Assembly: GCA_031364845.1 (NCBI GenBank) | Contig: JANLWX010000091.1 | Coordinates: 1-45,162, forward strand | DNA from: Candidatus Eiseniibacteriota bacterium | Lineage (GTDB): Bacteria > Eisenbacteria > RBG-16-71-46 | Length of the DNA stretch: 45,162 nt | Direction: 5' to 3' | Shown here: positions 1 to 9,562 of the stretch, piece after piece | Position numbering within the stretch: position 1 is the first letter of the stretch | How the letters are laid out: each line of letters opens with the position of its first letter | The notes under the pieces: model-generated | Seen by the model: the letters and a program-made list of their open reading frames with translations, nothing else | Databases searched by the model: none | Told to the model about the DNA's origin: nothing | Made by a program: the position numbers and the translations under genes

Positions 1-99
1 CAGTTCACCCACATCCGCCGACCGAAACCCAAACATCCCTGGAAACAATCCGCCACCCTCAACGCTCCAGCGAAAACTGCCGGTGCAGGGAGGACATAA
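1..99 (+). CDS. C-terminal fragment of an ISNCY/IS1202-like transposase (partial, runs off left edge)
   Basis: Frame 1 reads QFTHIRRPKPKHPWKQSATLNAPAKTAGAGRT*. The P-x-x-HPW[KR] tail is typical of these transposases, and the stop lies inside the terminal repeat. Confidence 0.6.
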   Translation, partial: QFTHIRRPKPKHPWKQSATLNAPAKTAGAGRT

Positions 100-140
100 T
101 CACTTTGCAATTAGGCGGACATAATCACCTTGCAACGACA
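1..140 (+). mobile_element. Right end of an insertion sequence (ISNCY/IS1202-like)
   Basis: Two 19-bp direct repeats, GGACATAATCACTTTGCAA (92-110) and GGACATAATCACCTTGCAA (117-135), with 25-bp period, ending in ...CGACA (5'-TGT on the other strand). AT-richer than the flank. Confidence 0.7.
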
Positions 141-251
141 GCGGCGAATGCCAGGCGGCGCTCGACGTTGTCGAGCCACATCGGCACGGGGGGGCTCGAA
201 ATCAAGCCGATTTCGAGGAGCGCCGGCGCGACCGTGGCGCGATCGGTCGCT

Positions 252-1298
252 CTACGGCGTGGCCACGCCGCGTTGGGTCAGCAGATAGACGGCGAAGTTC
301 CCGAGCCAGTGCGTTCCCGCGTAGTGCCGGGTGCCGATCGTGGCGGCGAGCCCCGCCTCGCGATGGCGCACGCACGCCGCTTCGAGCGGCACGCGAAGGC
401 GATGCTCCGCCGGAAGCGCGCGGGCAATTCCTTCGAGCATCCACGCGCGGCTCAGGTTGAGCCCGTCGAGATGCGCAAGCTTTCCGTCGGCGCGGTCGGT
501 CGACTCGACCGGAGTCAGCCACCGTCGCGCCGCCTCGCCGTCGAGGGATGGCATAAACGCATCGAGCCACACCGTGAAGTCTTCAGGGTTGAGCACGCGG
601 CGCATCAGATCGGCTTCGCCGAGCACCGGCGAGAGGAAGTCATGACCCGAAGGCTCGTAGGCCACCGGTGCATCGACGTCGGCGCCGTAGAGTTCGCGCG
701 CGCGCGACACGATCAGCTCGTGAGCGCCACGATCGCCCGCGATCCGCGCCCAGTCGAGGGCGAGTCCGAGCGCGAAAGCGCTCTGCGAATGCTCACCCGA
801 TCGGATCGGCCATCTCAGCCGCGGCAGCCACGACATCAGCCGCTCGATTGCGATCTGTTCGAGCGGACGCAGCGCGGCATGCCAGCCGAAGGCGCGCGGA
901 CTCGTCCACTCACGCAGCTCGGCGGCGAGCTGGAGCACCCACGCGAGACCGTACGGGCGCTCGAAGCCTTCGCGGCCGGGCGCGCCGACGTAGTCCGCTT
1001 CACACGCGAGCTTCTTCGGATCGAACGACTGTTCGAGTGCCGCGCTCGCGCGCGCGGCGAGGTCTCCTTCGAGTCCCATCCGCAGACAGCGCGCGAGGCA
1101 CCAGTGCCCGTGGACCGCGGAGTGCCAGTCGAAGCTGCCGAAGAACACCGGCGTCAGATCCCGCGGCGGGCGCGCGTCGTGATCGTCGCGCATCAGGTGG
1201 GTGATGTGACTGGGGTACTCGCGCGCGATCGAGTCGAGTGCGCCTGCGGCGAACGGTGCGAGCCCGGCGGCACCGAGATCCATGTTCAATGGGGACAT
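252..1298 (-). CDS. DUF2891 family protein
   Basis: Motifs REYP, PVFFGSFDWHSAVHGHW, FERPYGLAW, EPSGHDFLSP, DGKLAHLDGLNLSRAW, YAGTHWL. Confidence 0.85.
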   Translation of the reverse strand: MSPLNMDLGAAGLAPFAAGALDSIAREYPSHITHLMRDDHDARPPRDLTPVFFGSFDWHSAVHGHWCLARCLRMGLEGDLAARASAALEQSFDPKKLACEADYVGAPGREGFERPYGLAWVLQLAAELREWTSPRAFGWHAALRPLEQIAIERLMSWLPRLRWPIRSGEHSQSAFALGLALDWARIAGDRGAHELIVSRARELYGADVDAPVAYEPSGHDFLSPVLGEADLMRRVLNPEDFTVWLDAFMPSLDGEAARRWLTPVESTDRADGKLAHLDGLNLSRAWMLEGIARALPAEHRLRVPLEAACVRHREAGLAATIGTRHYAGTHWLGNFAVYLLTQRGVATP

Positions 1299-1329
1299 GC
1301 GGCGCGCCGGCGCCGCGGCCGATGCGCGC

Positions 1330-3177
1330 TCATCGCAACAGCGTCACGCGGCGGAAAAACGACTCGCCGGCGACCCGGACATCGGCCAGGTAGATGCCCG
1401 GCGACACGCGCACGCCGTCCTGGTCGCCGCCGAACCAGCACAGCACCGACCGGCCCGCGGGCCGCGTTTCGCGCAGTTCGAACACCTGGCGACCCGCGAC
1501 ATCGAAGACCCGGCATTCGACGAGGCCCGGCGCCGCGAGCTCGACTTCGAACTCCACACGACCGTCGGTGGGATTCGGCTTGCCCCCCGTCAGACCCGCA
1601 CGCAGCACCGGGCCCGGGTCGACCACCGGCTTCACCACTCCTCGATATTCGAGCGCCCCGCGGTCGGCGTACGGCACCGGACCGAGCCCCGCATTCGGGC
1701 GATCCGGATCGTCGAAGCGCAGGCGTCCGATCGCATCGGATTCCGGCCAGCGGCTCACGTCCGAGTTCCCGGAATCGATCGCCGGCGAGCCGGGCCGCAG
1801 GCGGAATATGCCGGACCCCGGATCCTCGAACTGGGGATCGGCATGGACCGAACGCGAATCGTGGCCGGTGGCCGTCGTGAATGCGCTCACGGTGGCGTAG
1901 CTGATGCCGCGGTAACGTATCGGACGCTGCGTGCCGTTGTTCCAGAACAGGTTGTCGTTCGATTCGAATCCTTCGGACGACAGCGAGTCGACGTAGAGAT
2001 CGTAGTGGTTCGTTCGGGTGCCATTGTCGTGGGAGATCGTGTTGAACACGCGCGTCCCGGTCGAGCCGCCCTCGACCGAGATCCCGTCGTCGCGGTTGCC
2101 ATAGCTGGTGCCGCCGACCAGCAGCGTCCCGCGCGTGCGCAGCAGATCGAATCCATGATCGCCGTTCTGCCACGTGATGTTGTTGGTCAGGAGGTTGCGA
2201 TTGGACTCGGTCTGCACGTGGACTCCGGTGTCCTGATTCTCGTGAGCGCGGTTTCCCGAGACACGATTGTCGGAGGACTCCCGCAGATGGATGCCATTCG
2301 CCGCGCGGTCTTCGAGCCGAATGTTTCGCATCGCCTCGTTGTCCGCGATCCGGCTGTTGCGCGTGCGCAGCAGGTACAGCCCGTGGTTGCCGTTGCTCTC
2401 GAACTGGCAGCGCTCGACCCGCACGTCCTCGGAGTCCGTGATCTGGGCGCCGTGACTGTACGAGAGCGAAACCGTGTCTCCCGCCACCACGACGTCGCGC
2501 ACGTTCGAGATCTGAAATCCGCGCACATCGGCATGCCGGACGGTGAACCCTTCGATCCGGACCTTTCCCCCGCCCACGACCTCGAACCCGTAGGCGCGCC
2601 GGCCGACGAGCAGCGTACCGCGGCCGGGATTGCCGAGCACGCGCACGTAGAGTCCATGCCCCGGCACGAACTTGAACGTGTTGACCGGCAGACTCGCCGT
2701 GTCGGTCGCCGCCGCAACCAGTCGCATGCCGTCAGAGAACACCTGACGTGGGCGCCACGTGACCGAAGACGCGAGCCAGATGTCGCCTTTGAACGGGATC
2801 CATGCCGCGGTTCCCGAGAGATCGTCGGCGCCGTCGATCACGACACCGGGACCCGAAGCGCGAAGGACGAGCGGACTCACGAAGACGTTCGAAGGCACGC
2901 GCACGAGCTCACGGTAGACGCCGGGCCGCACGATGATCTCGGTCCCCGGCTGTCCGTGATCACGCAGGGCCGCCGTGATGCTGCAGTACGGCCGATCGCG
3001 CGTCCCGGCGGCGGGGTCGCCGCAATAGGGGCTCTGAGCGTCGACATAGATTTCGCAACTCGCGCCGGCCGGGGCGGACGATGAGCATGCGAACACGACT
3101 GCCCATCCGAGCAGGGCGAGCAAAGGTCCGGGGAGCCGCGTGGCGGTCCTCGAAACGACGCGTCTGGGGAATTTCAT
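1330..3177 (-). CDS. Secreted right-handed parallel beta-helix protein with C-terminal FlgD-Ig/T9SS-like domain
   Basis: Signal peptide, IYVD...GTRDRPYCSI, PGVYRE, repeated N..N..HG-I/F-x-L beta-helix coils, GSPAIDSG, DRGALE, C-terminal PNP...VFDVAGRQV...PGIYL. Confidence 0.8.
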   Translation of the reverse strand: MKFPRRVVSRTATRLPGPLLALLGWAVVFACSSSAPAGASCEIYVDAQSPYCGDPAAGTRDRPYCSITAALRDHGQPGTEIIVRPGVYRELVRVPSNVFVSPLVLRASGPGVVIDGADDLSGTAAWIPFKGDIWLASSVTWRPRQVFSDGMRLVAAATDTASLPVNTFKFVPGHGLYVRVLGNPGRGTLLVGRRAYGFEVVGGGKVRIEGFTVRHADVRGFQISNVRDVVVAGDTVSLSYSHGAQITDSEDVRVERCQFESNGNHGLYLLRTRNSRIADNEAMRNIRLEDRAANGIHLRESSDNRVSGNRAHENQDTGVHVQTESNRNLLTNNITWQNGDHGFDLLRTRGTLLVGGTSYGNRDDGISVEGGSTGTRVFNTISHDNGTRTNHYDLYVDSLSSEGFESNDNLFWNNGTQRPIRYRGISYATVSAFTTATGHDSRSVHADPQFEDPGSGIFRLRPGSPAIDSGNSDVSRWPESDAIGRLRFDDPDRPNAGLGPVPYADRGALEYRGVVKPVVDPGPVLRAGLTGGKPNPTDGRVEFEVELAAPGLVECRVFDVAGRQVFELRETRPAGRSVLCWFGGDQDGVRVSPGIYLADVRVAGESFFRRVTLLR

Positions 3178-3253
3178 GGAGGCGGGGGTCCGGCCCGGCG
3201 GCCGATCACGGCGCCACGGGAAGGTTGAGGTCCACGGTTCGCGGCCACGGACG

Positions 3254-3289
3254 GAAAGAGAGGACGGGCCGCGTGAGCGACCCGTCCTC
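3254..3289 (-). terminator. Intrinsic terminator between the beta-helix paralogs
   Basis: Minus strand GAGGACGGGTCGC-TCAC-GCGGCCCGTCCTC hairpin followed by TCTTTC. Confidence 0.6.
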
Positions 3290-3318
3290 GGACTACGTGA
3301 ACTCGTAAAGTAAGGGCG

Positions 3319-5181
3319 TCAGTGAACGACGGCGAAGCGGCGGGCGAGCGTCTCGCCATTCGTGTCGACGCGAACCAGATAGATGCCCGCGGGAACGACC
3401 TTGCCACCGGCCGTGGTGCCGGACCAGCGGATCTGGTGTCCGCCCGCGACGAGGTTCTGCCCTTCTTCGTAGACGATTCGACCCGTGACGTCGGTGACGT
3501 ACCAGTCGACGCGACCCGGGCGGGACAACTGAAGCGTGAACGCCACGTCCTTGCGCGCCGGATTCGGGAACGCAGGACCCAGCGAAACCTGGGGTGCGAC
3601 GAGATCACCGACCGCAACCGATCCCTCGCGGATGAACTCCAGCGCGCCGCGGTCCGCGTACGTGATGGATCCCGAACCGGTGTTCGGCGTGACCGGATCG
3701 TTGACGCGCGAATGATTCGCGGCATCCTTGAGAGGCCATCCCGCAATCGACGAGATCGCGGAGTCGATCGCCTTGGAGCCCGACATCAGGTGGAAATCAC
3801 CGGTCGCCGGATTCACGAAGCGCGGGTCGGACTGATCGGACGCCAGATCGTGATCCGTGGCGGTGGAGAACGCGACGATCGTCGCGTACTGCGTGTTGGC
3901 GAATTTGATCGGGTTCTGCGCGGTCGAGTTCCACAGGATGTTGTAGTTCGACGCGAAGCCGGTGGTCGAGGCCGCGTCGACGAACAGGTCGAAGCGTCCG
4001 GTCGTGAGACCGTTGTTCGCGCTGATGGCGTCGTAGATGCGGGTGGCGGTCGAACCACCTTCGACCGAGATCCCGTCGTTCTCGTTGCCATAGGCGACGT
4101 CGCCGATGTGGAGCGAGCCGGTCGACGAGATGTGATCGAATCCGTGGTCGCCGTTGTTCCACGAGATGTTCTGGAGCGACGTGTTGTTGTTGGACCCGGT
4201 GATGAACGAGATGCCGGTGTCCTCGTTGTCGTGGACACGGTTGCGCTGGAACAGGTTGCTCGTCGAACCGAACGCGAGGATTCCGCTCGCGGCGCGCTCG
4301 AATACGCGGGCGTTGCGGAAGGACTCGTTGTCCTGAATCGTGGAGGCGGTGACGCCGCTCAGCAGGTTGATGCCATGATCGCGCGAGTCGGAGACGATGT
4401 TGCCCTCGATCAGGAAGTCGTTGCCGCCCTGCATCGAGATCCCGTGCGCCGCGGCGAACGTCACCACGTTGTTGCGGATGGTGATGTGATGGGCGGAATC
4501 CAGCAGGTAGATCCCATGGTCCTCGGTGCGCGTGACCTGGAATCCCTGAATCGTCACGTAGCTGTCGCCGCTGAGCCGGAATCCATGAGGCCGGCGGCCG
4601 ATCTTCGCCGCGTGGTTGCCGGGATTGCCACCGACGTTCACGTAGAGTCCCTGTCCGTCGATGAAGCGATAGGTTCCGCTCGGCATCGCATTCGGCGCGG
4701 CCGCGGTTGCCACGAGGCGCGCTCCATCGGCGAACACCTGATGCGGAGCCGAGTCGAGGCTGGCCGCGACCCACGAGTTGCCGGGACCCTGCGCCCACAA
4801 GGCGGTGCCGAAGTCATCGGAGCCTTCGATGATCACTGGCGAGCCGAGCGCCTTGATCACAAATGGCTGAGCGGCGCTGCCCGATCGCTCCACCGTCACC
4901 TGTTCGCGATACGTGCCCGGCTTGACCTGGATGGTCGTGCCCGGACCGCCGCGAATGCGGGCCGCGGTGTGGATGCTGCGGTAAGGGATGACTTCAGTGC
5001 CCGGCCCCGAGTCGTTCGCATTCGGGTTGTTGACGTCCACGTAGAACGTGCCCGCGGCCCAGACCGGCGCGGCGAGGCAAGTGAGGGCACCCAGAAGTAT
5101 GGCAGCGAAACGTCGCGAGGAGTGAATGCTGGCGCTTCGATGATTCCGAAGCGAGCCGATGCAGAGCCGCTGAAGCTTCAA
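3319..5181 (-). CDS. Secreted right-handed parallel beta-helix protein with C-terminal FlgD-Ig/T9SS-like domain (paralog of 1330-3177)
   Basis: Same architecture: FYVD...GPGTEVIPYRSI, PGTYRE, WNNGDHGFD, DGISVEGGST, YADRGALE, FPNP...DVTGRIV...AGIYLVR. Start placed at TTG 5181 after AGGAAGGGG; the ORF extends to ATG 5232. Confidence 0.8.
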   Translation of the reverse strand: MKLQRLCIGSLRNHRSASIHSSRRFAAILLGALTCLAAPVWAAGTFYVDVNNPNANDSGPGTEVIPYRSIHTAARIRGGPGTTIQVKPGTYREQVTVERSGSAAQPFVIKALGSPVIIEGSDDFGTALWAQGPGNSWVAASLDSAPHQVFADGARLVATAAAPNAMPSGTYRFIDGQGLYVNVGGNPGNHAAKIGRRPHGFRLSGDSYVTIQGFQVTRTEDHGIYLLDSAHHITIRNNVVTFAAAHGISMQGGNDFLIEGNIVSDSRDHGINLLSGVTASTIQDNESFRNARVFERAASGILAFGSTSNLFQRNRVHDNEDTGISFITGSNNNTSLQNISWNNGDHGFDHISSTGSLHIGDVAYGNENDGISVEGGSTATRIYDAISANNGLTTGRFDLFVDAASTTGFASNYNILWNSTAQNPIKFANTQYATIVAFSTATDHDLASDQSDPRFVNPATGDFHLMSGSKAIDSAISSIAGWPLKDAANHSRVNDPVTPNTGSGSITYADRGALEFIREGSVAVGDLVAPQVSLGPAFPNPARKDVAFTLQLSRPGRVDWYVTDVTGRIVYEEGQNLVAGGHQIRWSGTTAGGKVVPAGIYLVRVDTNGETLARRFAVVH

Positions 5182-5380
5182 CTCGGACCCCTTCCTGAGG
5201 ATTGAAAGGTTCGAGGCAGCTCTTGGGACCATTCCCCGAGCCCGGCCTCCACCTGAAATCGAAATCCAACCTTACATACATCGACCGCAAGCCGCGGCAT
5301 TATCACATGAATTTTCGACGCCGCACTATACAAGTTTTGGTCCGGCGAGACACTAGTCCACGCCGGAGGCGCATCCTGCC

Positions 5381-5416
5381 AGAGAACGACGCCCGGCTCC
5401 AGAGAGCCGGGCGTCG
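5381..5416 (-). terminator. Intrinsic terminator downstream of the small lipoprotein gene
   Basis: 13-bp perfect stem CGACGCCCGGCTC (5387-5399)/GAGCCGGGCGTCG (5404-5416), 4-nt loop, TTCTCT tail on the minus strand. Confidence 0.65.
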
Positions 5417-5436
5417 CGGTTAACCGAGGCTTTGGA

Positions 5437-5802
5437 TTACCGTCCGCCGCCGCCCGAACCTTCGTTGTAGCAGCCACGCTTGCAGGCGTCCTTTGCGTCC
5501 TTGATCGCTTCCTCGTTGTTCTTGTTGCGGTCCTTTTCGGCCTTCTTGCAGGCCTTGTCGCTGCGGCAGGCCTTCTCGGCGGCCTTGTGACGGTCGTCCT
5601 CAATGCGCTTGGCGTCCTTGTAGCGCTCGTTACAGTCCTTGACGCAATCCGACCGCTGATCGACGGTGCTGCCGACGTTCAGATCGACGCCCGTGATGTT
5701 GTCCTCGACCATGCGGCACTGCGACAGACCGACGAGAGCGAAGCCCAGGACCGCCGTGAGCGCGAAGTTCTTGACGCGACGAACATTGACGATGTGGTTC
5801 AT
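5437..5802 (-). CDS. Small cysteine-patterned helical (lipo)protein, hypothetical
   Basis: ATG 5802 preceded by AGGAG. Basic N-region, hydrophobic core, LSQC lipobox-like site; mature part is charged and helical with six Cys. Confidence 0.75.
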   Translation of the reverse strand: MNHIVNVRRVKNFALTAVLGFALVGLSQCRMVEDNITGVDLNVGSTVDQRSDCVKDCNERYKDAKRIEDDRHKAAEKACRSDKACKKAEKDRNKNNEEAIKDAKDACKRGCYNEGSGGGGR

Positions 5803-5943
5803 GGTGTCTGAAATCTCCTGTTCGGGTGTGCCGGAGAGGGAACCCGGCGCTCGTGGGTTCCCAACCGACGTCGTGAGCATTTTGCGGCTTCATCAACCCG
5901 GCCCCCGCCGGCGAAGTCGCGAACGCCTTTGCTGAAGTCAATT

Positions 5944-5959
5944 CGCACCTTCCGTGCCA
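5944..5959 (-). promoter_or_regulatory. Putative sigma54 (-24/-12) promoter for the small lipoprotein gene
   Basis: Minus strand TGGCACG-GAAG-GTGCG: exact GG-N10-GC spacing, about 140 bp upstream of ATG 5802. Confidence 0.55.
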
Positions 5960-6511
5960 CGCGGCAAACGCTGGAAAACCATGGTGTTTGGCGCCTCCGG
6001 GGCGTGAACTCCCGAAAGCCCGGGATCGCGTTGGGTGATTCCACCAGCCGGGGGGCGAGCATCGGCGTTCTTCGCCCCAACCGCGGCGGGCCGGATGACG
6101 CGCTCGAAATATCGACTTGGGCCGCTATTCATGCGGTCTGCATGCATGCTGCGATTCGCGAGACCGATTCGCAGAGTGCGCGAACGTGGGCGAATTGGCC
6201 ACGTCGTGGACAACAGGTCGGAGGTTTCGGGCTGCGCGCGGGTGGCGGGACCCGGACGGCCTTCAATGTGATCAACCTGCCCCCTGATCGTGGAAGCGTT
6301 GGCAGGTCACCCCTCCCACAACGGGCGGCCCCCGTGGCCCGTTGTTACATCCGAGGGAATGAATTGCAGACGCCGTGAGTGCCTCTCAAGCCCTCCCGGT
6401 GCTCCTGCCGATGACTGCGAAGGATCCTGACCGGGACCCGAATCCGATTCGGGAACCACAGACACGGCCGTGCAACCCAGTGCGGCCATCACCGGGGAAA
6501 CGCGCCGAGCG

Positions 6512-8071
6512 ATGACGCTGACCGAGACATCCAGCAACCGCACTCCGGCGGACTTCGACCCCGGACGCGACCTTCCGGCCGGGTTCATGGACTTCTATGT
6601 CCCGCTCCACGGCGCATTCGCCTCGCGCCGCTCGGAGCTGGTCGCTCAGCGACACCGGAAGCTCGAGGCCTCGCTCGCGGGCCATCCCCCGGCGCATCGC
6701 CCCCCGTCAGGGGCGACCACCGGTACGTGGGCAGTCGATGTCCCTCTATGGTGCGCCGATCAGCGCAATCAGATGACCGGGCCGGCCGACGACGCCGAAC
6801 TGGTGGTCAAGATGCTCAACTCGGGCGCACCCGGGGTCATGCTCGATCTCGAGGATTCGATGGCCAACACGTGGCCGAATCTGATGCGCGGAGTTTCGAA
6901 CGTGCTTGCGGCACTCCGCGGTGAGCTCTCCTATGAGGACAAGAAGCGCGGGCGGCGGGTCGGGATCACGCCGTCGGCGACCGTGCTCTGGACTCGGGTC
7001 CGCGGACTCCACCTGGGCCAGCGCGGCGTGCTCCCCGAAGAAACCCCGGCCTCGCTGTTCGACCTCGCCCTGATCGTGTTCGCGATCGATCCGTCCACGC
7101 TGCGGCATCCGCTGTGCTTCTACATTCCCAAGTCCGAATCCGCGGACGAAGCGCTGTGGTGGCGGGACGTGTTCGCAGCACTCGCCCGCGCGCGTGGATG
7201 GAATCCCGGGGACATCCGGTGCATGGCGCTGGTCGAGTCCCATCCGCTCGCCTTCGAGATGGAGGAGTTCCTCTGGAACCTGCGGGACCACATCGTCGGA
7301 CTGAATCTCGGACGCTGGGACTACATGGCGAGCCTGATTCACTTCCAGCTCGCCGATCCCCGCTGGGTGCTCCCCGATCGCAACACGATTCCCCACGACG
7401 TGCCGTTCTTCCAGAGTCTGAGGTCGCTGCTGGTCGACATCTGCCATCGTCGAAAGGCGCTCGCGATCGGCGGCATGACCGCGCTCTACCCGAGCCGCGA
7501 GGATCCGGAACTCAACGCCCGCGCGCTCGCGGTGCTCGAACAGGACAAGCGCAACGAGTCCCGCTGCTTCATGGACGGCGCCTGGACCGGGCATCCGGAT
7601 CAAAACGCGATCGCGGTCGCTCAGTTTCCGGCGCCGAATCAGATCGGCGTTCAACCACCGCTCGCCGAGCGCTATCCGGACCTGCGGCCCGATATCACCG
7701 GTGTGGGCTCGCGGACTGTGACGGGCACCCATGCCGCAGTGCGCACCGTGATCCGCTACCGCACCGGCGTGCTGCAGGGCCGCGGCGCGAGTCTGCTCGA
7801 CGGCTACATGGAGGACCTCGCGACCGACCGCATCTACCGGCTGATGATCGCGCAACGCATGCGCCATCACGAGTCGATGCCGGTCACCGATTCACTCGGC
7901 CGCATCGTTCCTCATACCCCGGAGTTCATCCGCGACTGCTTCGACGAGGAGCTGGGGCGCCTGCTCGGCGCGTTGCCCGAGTCCGCGGACCCGAACGCGC
8001 CGCACCTGCTGCGTGAGGCGCGAAGGCTCAGCGAACAGATGATCCTGAATCAGCAATTCGATCCCGTGTGA
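6512..8071 (+). CDS. aceB: Malate synthase (A-type)
   Basis: [43 protein letters not shown] motifs; directly upstream of isocitrate lyase. Start taken at ATG 6512. Confidence 0.9.
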   Translation: MTLTETSSNRTPADFDPGRDLPAGFMDFYVPLHGAFASRRSELVAQRHRKLEASLAGHPPAHRPPSGATTGTWAVDVPLWCADQRNQMTGPADDAELVVKMLNSGAPGVMLDLEDSMANTWPNLMRGVSNVLAALRGELSYEDKKRGRRVGITPSATVLWTRVRGLHLGQRGVLPEETPASLFDLALIVFAIDPSTLRHPLCFYIPKSESADEALWWRDVFAALARARGWNPGDIRCMALVESHPLAFEMEEFLWNLRDHIVGLNLGRWDYMASLIHFQLADPRWVLPDRNTIPHDVPFFQSLRSLLVDICHRRKALAIGGMTALYPSREDPELNARALAVLEQDKRNESRCFMDGAWTGHPDQNAIAVAQFPAPNQIGVQPPLAERYPDLRPDITGVGSRTVTGTHAAVRTVIRYRTGVLQGRGASLLDGYMEDLATDRIYRLMIAQRMRHHESMPVTDSLGRIVPHTPEFIRDCFDEELGRLLGALPESADPNAPHLLREARRLSEQMILNQQFDPV

Positions 8072-8135
8072 GCGGGCACCGACTTCCCCCAACCCACGCG
8101 GGATTCTGATCCCGCCGTTCGAACGAGAGGACACC

Positions 8136-9440
8136 ATGTCGAAAGCGCGTTCCGCAGAGGAGATTCGCAAATCGTGGAGCAGCACCCCGCGCTGGGCCGG
8201 CATCGAGCGTCACTACTCGGCCGACGATGTCGTGCGCCTGCGCGGCACGCTCGCGATCGAGCACACGCTCGCGCGCCACGGCGCAACCCGGCTGTGGGAT
8301 TCGTTCGCCACCCACCCGCCGGTCCGCGCCCTCGGCGCCCTCACCGGAAATCAGGCGGTGCAGATGGTGGCGGCGGGGCTCGAGGGGATCTATCTGTCCG
8401 GCTGGCAGGTCGCGGCCGACGCGAACACCGCGGGCCAGATGTATCCGGATCAGAGCCTCTATCCGGTCGACAGCGTTCCCAATGTGGTGAAGCGGATCAA
8501 TCAGGCGCTGATGCGCGCCGATCAGATCGGGCACATGCACGCGAATGGAAACGGCACGGCCAACGGCAACGGCAAGCCGTTCGACTGGTTCGTGCCGATC
8601 GTCGCCGATGCCGAAGCGGGGTTCGGCGGGGATCTCAACGCATTCGAACTGATGAAGGCGATGATCGAGGCGGGTGCGGCCGGCGTGCACTTCGAGGATC
8701 AGCTCGCCTCAGCGAAGAAGTGCGGTCACATGGGGGGCAAGGTGCTGGTGCCGACGCGCGAGTTCGTGCAGAAGCTCTCGGCGGCGCGCCTCGCGGCCGA
8801 TCTGCTCGACGTGCCGACGGTGCTGATCGCGCGCACCGATGCGAACAGCGCGCAGCTCCTGACCAGCGACATCGACGAGCGCGACCGCCCGTTCCTCAAC
8901 GGTGAGCGCACGGCGGAAGGATTCTTCGGCTACCGCGGCGGCATCGACGCGGCGATCGCGCGCGGGCTCGCCTACGCTCCTTACGCCGACCTCATCTGGT
9001 GTGAGACGTCGACGCCGGATCTCGAGGAAGCCCGCCGCTTCTCCGAGACCGTACGCGCGAAGTTCCCGGGCAAGCTGCTCGCCTACAACTGCTCGCCGTC
9101 GTTCAACTGGTCCAAGCATCTCGGACCCGAAGCCATCGCCACGTTCCAGAAGGAACTCGGCGCGATGGGCTACGTGTTCCAGTTCGTCACGCTCGCCGGC
9201 TTCCATGCGCTGAACCTCGGTATGTTCGAGCTGGCGCACGGGTACAAGAACCAGGCGATGTCGGCGTATTCGAAGCTCCAGGATCGCGAGTTCGATCTGC
9301 AGAAGACGCACGGATACGCGGCGGTCAAGCACCAGGCGTTCGTCGGCACCGGCTACTTCGACGAACTGGCGCAGGTCATCAGCGCCGGCCAGACTTCAAC
9401 GGCGGCGCTCAAAGGATCGACCGAAGAGCATCAGTTCTAG
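8136..9440 (+). CDS. aceA: Isocitrate lyase
   Basis: [10 protein letters not shown] catalytic signature, [38 protein letters not shown]-terminus; SD GAGG. Confidence 0.97.
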   Translation: MSKARSAEEIRKSWSSTPRWAGIERHYSADDVVRLRGTLAIEHTLARHGATRLWDSFATHPPVRALGALTGNQAVQMVAAGLEGIYLSGWQVAADANTAGQMYPDQSLYPVDSVPNVVKRINQALMRADQIGHMHANGNGTANGNGKPFDWFVPIVADAEAGFGGDLNAFELMKAMIEAGAAGVHFEDQLASAKKCGHMGGKVLVPTREFVQKLSAARLAADLLDVPTVLIARTDANSAQLLTSDIDERDRPFLNGERTAEGFFGYRGGIDAAIARGLAYAPYADLIWCETSTPDLEEARRFSETVRAKFPGKLLAYNCSPSFNWSKHLGPEAIATFQKELGAMGYVFQFVTLAGFHALNLGMFELAHGYKNQAMSAYSKLQDREFDLQKTHGYAAVKHQAFVGTGYFDELAQVISAGQTSTAALKGSTEEHQF

Positions 9441-9454
9441 AATCGCATGAGGGC

Positions 9455-9476
9455 GGCCGGCTCCTTCGAGCCGGCC
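9455..9476 (+). terminator. Hairpin after aceA
   Basis: GGCCGGCTC-CTTC-GAGCCGGCC 9-bp stem; no U-tract. Confidence 0.4.
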
Positions 9477-9562
9477 CGAGTCGAGGCAAGGCGGGCTCCG
9501 GGTGTCCGGCAGCCCGCCTTCGCCGCATCCACCTGCGCCTCGCGGGCTGATAAGGTGCGCTC

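Noticed and set aside
141..200. dif/Xer site beside the IS1202-like end
   Set aside because: The flank is GC-rich with no XerC/XerD-like TTATGTTAAAT arm.
105..5205. Long + strand ORFs 105-1880, 1282-3084 and 3322-5205
   Set aside because: Antisense shadows of real minus-strand genes. High-GC codon bias removes stops; the translations are Arg/Ala-rich with no motifs.
5955..6030. GGCAAAC...GAAA...GCCTCCGG resembling a c-di-GMP-I riboswitch
   Set aside because: Lacks the GACGCAAA junction and the proper P2 stem; it also overlaps the sigma54 box on the other strand.
6361..6511. Glycine or fluoride riboswitch upstream of malate synthase
   Set aside because: Only fragments (CTCTCAAG, GCCGATGAC) are present; the core GGAGA/CCGAAG or GATGG..TCGCC elements are missing.
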